A stretch of DNA of 64,000 bases, taken from positions 1,984,001 to 2,048,000 of the forward strand of contig OU015568.1 of NCBI GenBank assembly GCA_907165135.1. Direction: 5' to 3'. Under the pieces are notes generated by a model. That model saw only the letters and a list, made by a program, of their open reading frames with translations, was not told where the DNA came from and ran no database searches. A program made the translations under genes and the position numbers. Positions 58,996-64,000 of this stretch are shown in pieces. Within the stretch, counting starts at the first letter, position 1, and the number at the start of each line of letters is the position of its first letter. Source of the stretch: Oikopleura dioica (lineage: Eukaryota > Animalia > Chordata).

Positions 58996-61900
58996 ATGAA
59001 GGTCATATTTCTTTTTCTTTTCCTGAGGCTTGATTGTGTCAGTTTGAATGGACTTTTTATACCCGGTATGATGCCGACAGAGATGAACCAAGATCAGAGA
59101 CAGCAGTTTGATCCAGCTTTGCTTTCGCTTTTGAGCAATGGTGAGGGTTCTTCGTCAGAATTGATGAAGTCGCAGCTAATGGCACAAATGGGCAATTCTG
59201 AAAATCAAGCACAAATCAACCCGATGCTTTTGTCATTTTTGAATGATGACAAAAGTGATGTGGACGTCTCTGAAATGATGAAGGCTCAGATGATGTCGCA
59301 AATGGGTTCTATTGGAAATTCAATTAATCCGATGCTTATGTCCATGCTCAATGACGATGGTGACCAGGATTTTTCAGCGAAAGAAATGATGAAGGCGCAA
59401 ATGATGAGCCAGATGTCTTCTTCCGGCACTCCAATCAATCCGATGCTGCTGTCTTTCCTGAATGATGATGACGAAAACGATAATGGGTCGAAATCGACAA
59501 CAGAGATGCTGAAGCAACAAATGTTAGCTCAGATGTCAGCCTCCGGCGATCCTGTCAGTCAGATGATGGTCCAATCTTTTCTCAATAAAAATGATGAAAG
59601 CTCGGAGTCAAAATCGCCATCCGAACTACTCAAGAATCAAATGCTTGCGCAAATGGCAACAAGTGGTTCAATTAACCCGATGATGCTGACCATGTTGGAC
59701 GAGGCGGATGACGTTGGCGGGGATAAAATTGACAGAATGAAAATGGAAATGCTCAACCAGTTGATCCGAGATCCAGAGACCTACAAAATGGCTAGCACAT
59801 TGAAAGCAATTCTAGACGATCGAGATGGAGACATCGACTTGACGAGTTTGATGAATCAAAAAATGGTCCCCGCATTTGACTTTGACGATCAATTTGATGT
59901 CGGAAGCATGCAAGACCAAGACCGATCTATGCTATCAAAATCAAGGCCACCAACTCCACCTCCACTTGACAAGTCAGAAGTCATGTTTTCGCTCAAGTAT
60001 CCTCAGTTCAAAGATGAAAAGGTATCTGGTCTTGCGAAGACATTCTCGACCTTCGATCAGAACATGGAAGAGAACTCAGAAAGACTGGAAGATTTCGCGA
60101 TCGAGATTATGGTCAACATTGACTACAAAAAAGGTAAACCAGAAAAAATGCTAATGAAATAATTTTTGAATTAAAGACCCACTGAAAATGCTGAATTTCA
60201 TCGATTTCTCAACAAATGATACACTTGGAAACACCCCGATGATCCTCGCGATTGGAAATCTTATCAACAACCAGTGTTTCTCGAAAGGCTCCATCCATGA
60301 CTTCGCAATATCCGTACTCGAGAACAATTACAGCTTCGATGCGTACAGAACCTCAGCTGGAATCGCCACGATTCAACGAGAGATAAAACTTTCTGTTCCT
60401 TGGCAAAGTGTTCTCGAAAAAGACACTCTGGCAGCAGATGAGCTGAAAGAAACAATCTCGCAGATGATAAAGAGGGACTTCAGAATGAGTGAATTCGAGA
60501 GACTGTCCGTTACGGTAAAGAGTCTCACACCTTCGCAATCGATCGCTGACGATGAAATAATGGTCGAAGCCCTCGTAGAATTCTCTGCAAAACGAACCCA
60601 AAACACGCAGGAAAACGATCTTGCGATAGCGATAGAGGAGATTGTTAAAGACTCATTCCTTTTCACCGAGATTGCAATTCCGGAAAAGGACAAAGACGAG
60701 ATCCTCCAGGGCTCTTTGGAGAAATCCGTGCGTGTCGTCCTCAAATCTGGCTGGAGCAATGAACTGAACGAGCCTGAATCTCTTTACTCGAAACAGCTGA
60801 AATCCGTGATTGAGCAAGCTTTTGTCGACTCTCCAGTTTGGCTGACGTTTGGGCCACTGGAAATTTCCGTCGAAAATTTGAAACGATCGACAGTTTTTTA
60901 CTTTGGCATCGAAGCTAACATGACGATCAAAGGAATCACGTCGGAGGAGGAGTGGAAAGACATCTTCGACTATTTAAAAACAGTACCAAAAGAAGGGCAT
61001 TTTATCGGTACGAGTGAATTTTCATCAAGAATTTAAAAATAATTCATTTTCAGGTGCCGTTGCTCAGCAGCAATCTGGTCAAGCTGTTGAAGAGATGCAG
61101 GCTGTAACGACAGAAGCTCCAAAAGAATTCATCGTGGTGGACAATACTCACGAGATAATTCTCTCGCTCTACTTCAACGAAAACTTAGAGGATCCATCAT
61201 CAGGGGCCTACAAGCAGTATAAGAAAATTCTCGATCTTTCTTTGGCAGAGGACGACAAAAATATCGAAATTCTTCAGTTCAAAAAAGCTTCTAGTGGAAT
61301 GACCTTGGCAAAGATCAATTTTCCACAAGGTAAAATTAAAGTTGTATTAACCATAATTTCCTTTTATTTTGAGCAAATTTTATTCATTTTTTTCTCTTTG
61401 AGATGACTTAAATTACCTAACCGCTTCAACAGCTCTGACGATTGCATTGAAAATACCAATTTCACTTTCATGGTCTCTTCAGATTATCAATTCGAGGACA
61501 TTAAAAAGAAAGTCGACGCTGCTTATTTCCTCGACTTTCCTGAACAGACAAGACGTAGAAAGCGGTCCTTAGTTTCGAAACCGAATACATCTGTATCCAA
61601 CCGTCAAATTCTTCTCGTCCTTGCTCTCCAATACATCTCAGGGAAAATTCTAGTGCCATTCAACGAAATTGCTTTGCTTCAAAATGAAGAAAACTCCTTT
61701 TTAGTCGATGCTGCCTTTGAATTTCTCGTCAAAGACTACCAAAGAGGTATGCTTTTATTTGAATAATTATACCTAGAAACTTCAAAATGATATTTTTAAA
61801 TATTCTTATTTTCATTCCTTAGTTCACGAGTCAATATCAACAAAAGGTAACTCCGACCCCCTTCATGCGATGATACTGTATCTCAACAGACTAACGGAAT

Positions 61901-62004
61901 CGGAAACGCTGAAAGTCAACAACTTCCTGAGCTTCTTTTTCAACCCCGAATCGTTGATGGTCTATCAAGTCGCGCTGCAACAATTCTCCAATGCCTGCCT
62001 GTAA
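58996..62004 (+). CDS. Secreted protein with Met/Gln/Ser-rich repeats and SEA-like domains
   Basis: Signal peptide MKVIFLFLFLRLDC, six ~36-40 aa INPMLLSFLNDD...EMMKAQMMSQM repeats, and SEA-like WSNELNEPESLYSKQL and FNENLEDPSSGAYKQY. May be more than one gene. Confidence 0.6.
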
Positions 62005-62105
62005 TCACTGTACATATTATACCCTGTATAATAAAAAGATAGCAATTGAATAGTCATGCTTTATTGTTCATGAAGAAAATAAGCATCATTAAAAGCGCGA
62101 TTAAT

Positions 62106-62513
62106 TTACTTCTTGACGCAGGAAATCTTTCCAGGCTTTCGCTTCCAGCCCTTGTTGGACTTGCACTTGACAACTCCGTCGGACCAGGGTCTGTTCTGCT
62201 TATCGGAGAATTGTTGGAAGCCTTTGTTGCATTGGAGCTTGCACTTTCGGCCCTTGCCTTTTTTGGTACCGTCATCGTTCAAGTTTCGCTGGCACTTCCA
62301 CTTGCCATTTTCAACAGCTGGAATTTTCTGACCCTTGCACATTCCTAGAAAAATTAAACGCTAATCTTATAAAGAAAACTTACCTGGTCCTTTCTCGTCG
62401 ACATCGAGAGCTCTCCAAGTTTTGCCATCCTCCGATTGTTGACCCTGATCGTCAAAATAGACGTCGACGAGCTGAGCTGACAAAGCACCGAAAAAAAGTC
62501 CCAAAAGCTTCAT
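62106..62513 (-). CDS. Small secreted Lys-rich protein with a sushi/CCP-like module
   Basis: Signal MKLLGLFFGALSA, one intron, then C..IPAVENGKWKC...CKLQCNKGF...VVKCKSNKGW....ISC. Confidence 0.7.
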
Positions 62514-62834
62514 TTTTTCAAAAGACTCTGATTCGAACCGCCGACCGAATCGTTTTTATGCGCGTGAGATAAGATAGACCGCCAGCTGTGGTAAGATTAA
62601 TTCAGAGAAACGAATTCATGTCACATGAGTATAAACAGGCTTGATTTAAGGTTTATCTTTGGGATTTAGAAAATATTCTCAGCATTTTTCAATCATTTGA
62701 CTTATCGACTAAGTCTTAGTATAAAGTCGCCAGTTTAGTCTTGTTGCAAGCAATCTTTTCTATCAAGAACCGTTAAATGGAGCTTTCAAGCCAAGTTAGG
62801 ATTTCGAGTTCAGAACCTTTGTTTTTCAAAAGTC

Positions 62835-62906
62835 CTCCCGAACCGGGAATCGAACCCGGGCCGCCGGAGTGAGAATCTGGAATCCTAACCCCTAGACCAT
62901 TCGGGA
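62835..62906 (-). tRNA. tRNA-Glu(CTC)
   Basis: TCCCGAATGGTCTAGGGGTTAGGATTCCAGATT-CTC-ACTCCGGCGGCCCGGGTTCGATTCCCGGTTCGGGA. Perfect acceptor stem, A and B boxes, and a downstream TTTT. Confidence 0.9.
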
Positions 62907-64000
62907 CTTGTCTAACGACCTCAAGATAGTACCCACGCCCGAAGTTGTACTGGGAGTCTTTCAGTTACACCATAGATAATTATTTGGTCGACAGACAATC
63001 GAAGGTTTTCCAACTCAGACTCAACGACCGTCACAAACAAATAAGACTCCAGTTCAATGAATTCATTCTGAATCAGAATTTCTGATATCTTGTTTCGATC
63101 TTGTTGACAAACCATGGATCGACTAACGCTGGCTTTGGAATATCAAAATGTCAATCATGTTCATCACTCCTGAAATCCGCCAAAGGTTCAACTCACCTCC
63201 CTCTAAGCTTCAACTTTTAGCTTTATTTCAAATACCAAGCTGAGTCAGAAGAGAAAGCATCGCTTACTGAGCATGAAAGTTAACTTATTTCGTTTCATAT
63301 TTAGAAACATCGCGGGAGCTGTTTATCAATAAACCGAGGTCGCATAAACAACGCTCGGGAGTGCTATGAAATTTTCGGTTTTATGCTCGTGATTAATATT
63401 TGTCCTTGGGGTTTGATTTCAACTTGATTCACTGATCAGTCACTGATCATCAGTGATCAATGATCATTCTGGATCATCGCAACATAGAATTAGAAAGAAA
63501 AAAGAATTCATGAAATTTTTCAAAGAGAAATTTTATTGAAGCTCTCTTTTTCTATAATTGAATATTATTCTATGAGCGTAAATAAAATTATTATTTTTCA
63601 ACACGAGGAATTGAATTTTTCTAATGCCTCTTTCTGTCTAAATTTCGAATATCCGCGTGATTGATGTATTGGCATTAGGCCCTTTGTCGGTTTCTATAGA
63701 AGCACTGACTCTAGGATAACCGCGCAAACGCAGAAACCGTGTGGTTTTGACCCTGCGTCACAAGCGATCAGCTATCCGGAAGCAACCGATAATATATTTT
63801 GATGCGTGTCGGCCAGCTACTTATATCCAGCATCCGGTTGGAAAAAATTTAAAGAGAAATCAAATATAAAATAATGAAAATAAATTGTGAAACTTTACTA
63901 CTTTTTCTTTGGCAGAAAATACAGGTATGATCGTACGAAAACTCCGCGCATATTAACCCTTTTATAGGGTAATCGAATTGAGTGGAAATTCGAAGGACCC

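Noticed and set aside
62921-63280. Possible small minus-strand gene upstream of the tRNA
   Set aside because: No coherent spliced frame or motif found.

Overview
Eukaryotic genomic DNA, almost certainly the larvacean tunicate Oikopleura dioica. The evidence is a near-perfect copy of the 40-nt O. dioica spliced-leader exon (37266-37305), 30-60 nt introns, several GA-AG introns and operon-like gene spacing. Genes were rebuilt by eye across introns, so boundaries are approximate. Genes found: the 5' end of XPR1, an SLC22 transporter plus a frameshifted copy of its 3' end, three members of an uncharacterised type-II membrane Cys-rich/kelch-like family, a reduced teneurin, a coiled-coil protein, a CUB membrane protein, SLC37A3, PNPLA6/7 (NTE), a small membrane protein, an inactive trypsin-fold homolog, an AP sigma subunit, a sulfotransferase-like protein, a secreted Met-rich-repeat/SEA protein, a sushi-like protein and tRNA-Glu(CTC). 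The teneurin has 6 EGF repeats, no ABD/Tox-GHH tail and an internal frameshift. Mobile DNA is dense: a 3.2-kb foldback palindrome made of two nested tandem arrays, a recent internally deleted gypsy-type LTR element with TA...TA ends, hAT-like and TTAA (Kolobok-like) MITEs, and a short dispersed hairpin family. The most interesting items are the foldback element, the solitary intronic SL gene, the tail-less teneurin, the Cys-rich/kelch family and the duplication-flanked insertion that appears to split an SLC22-XPR1 operon.
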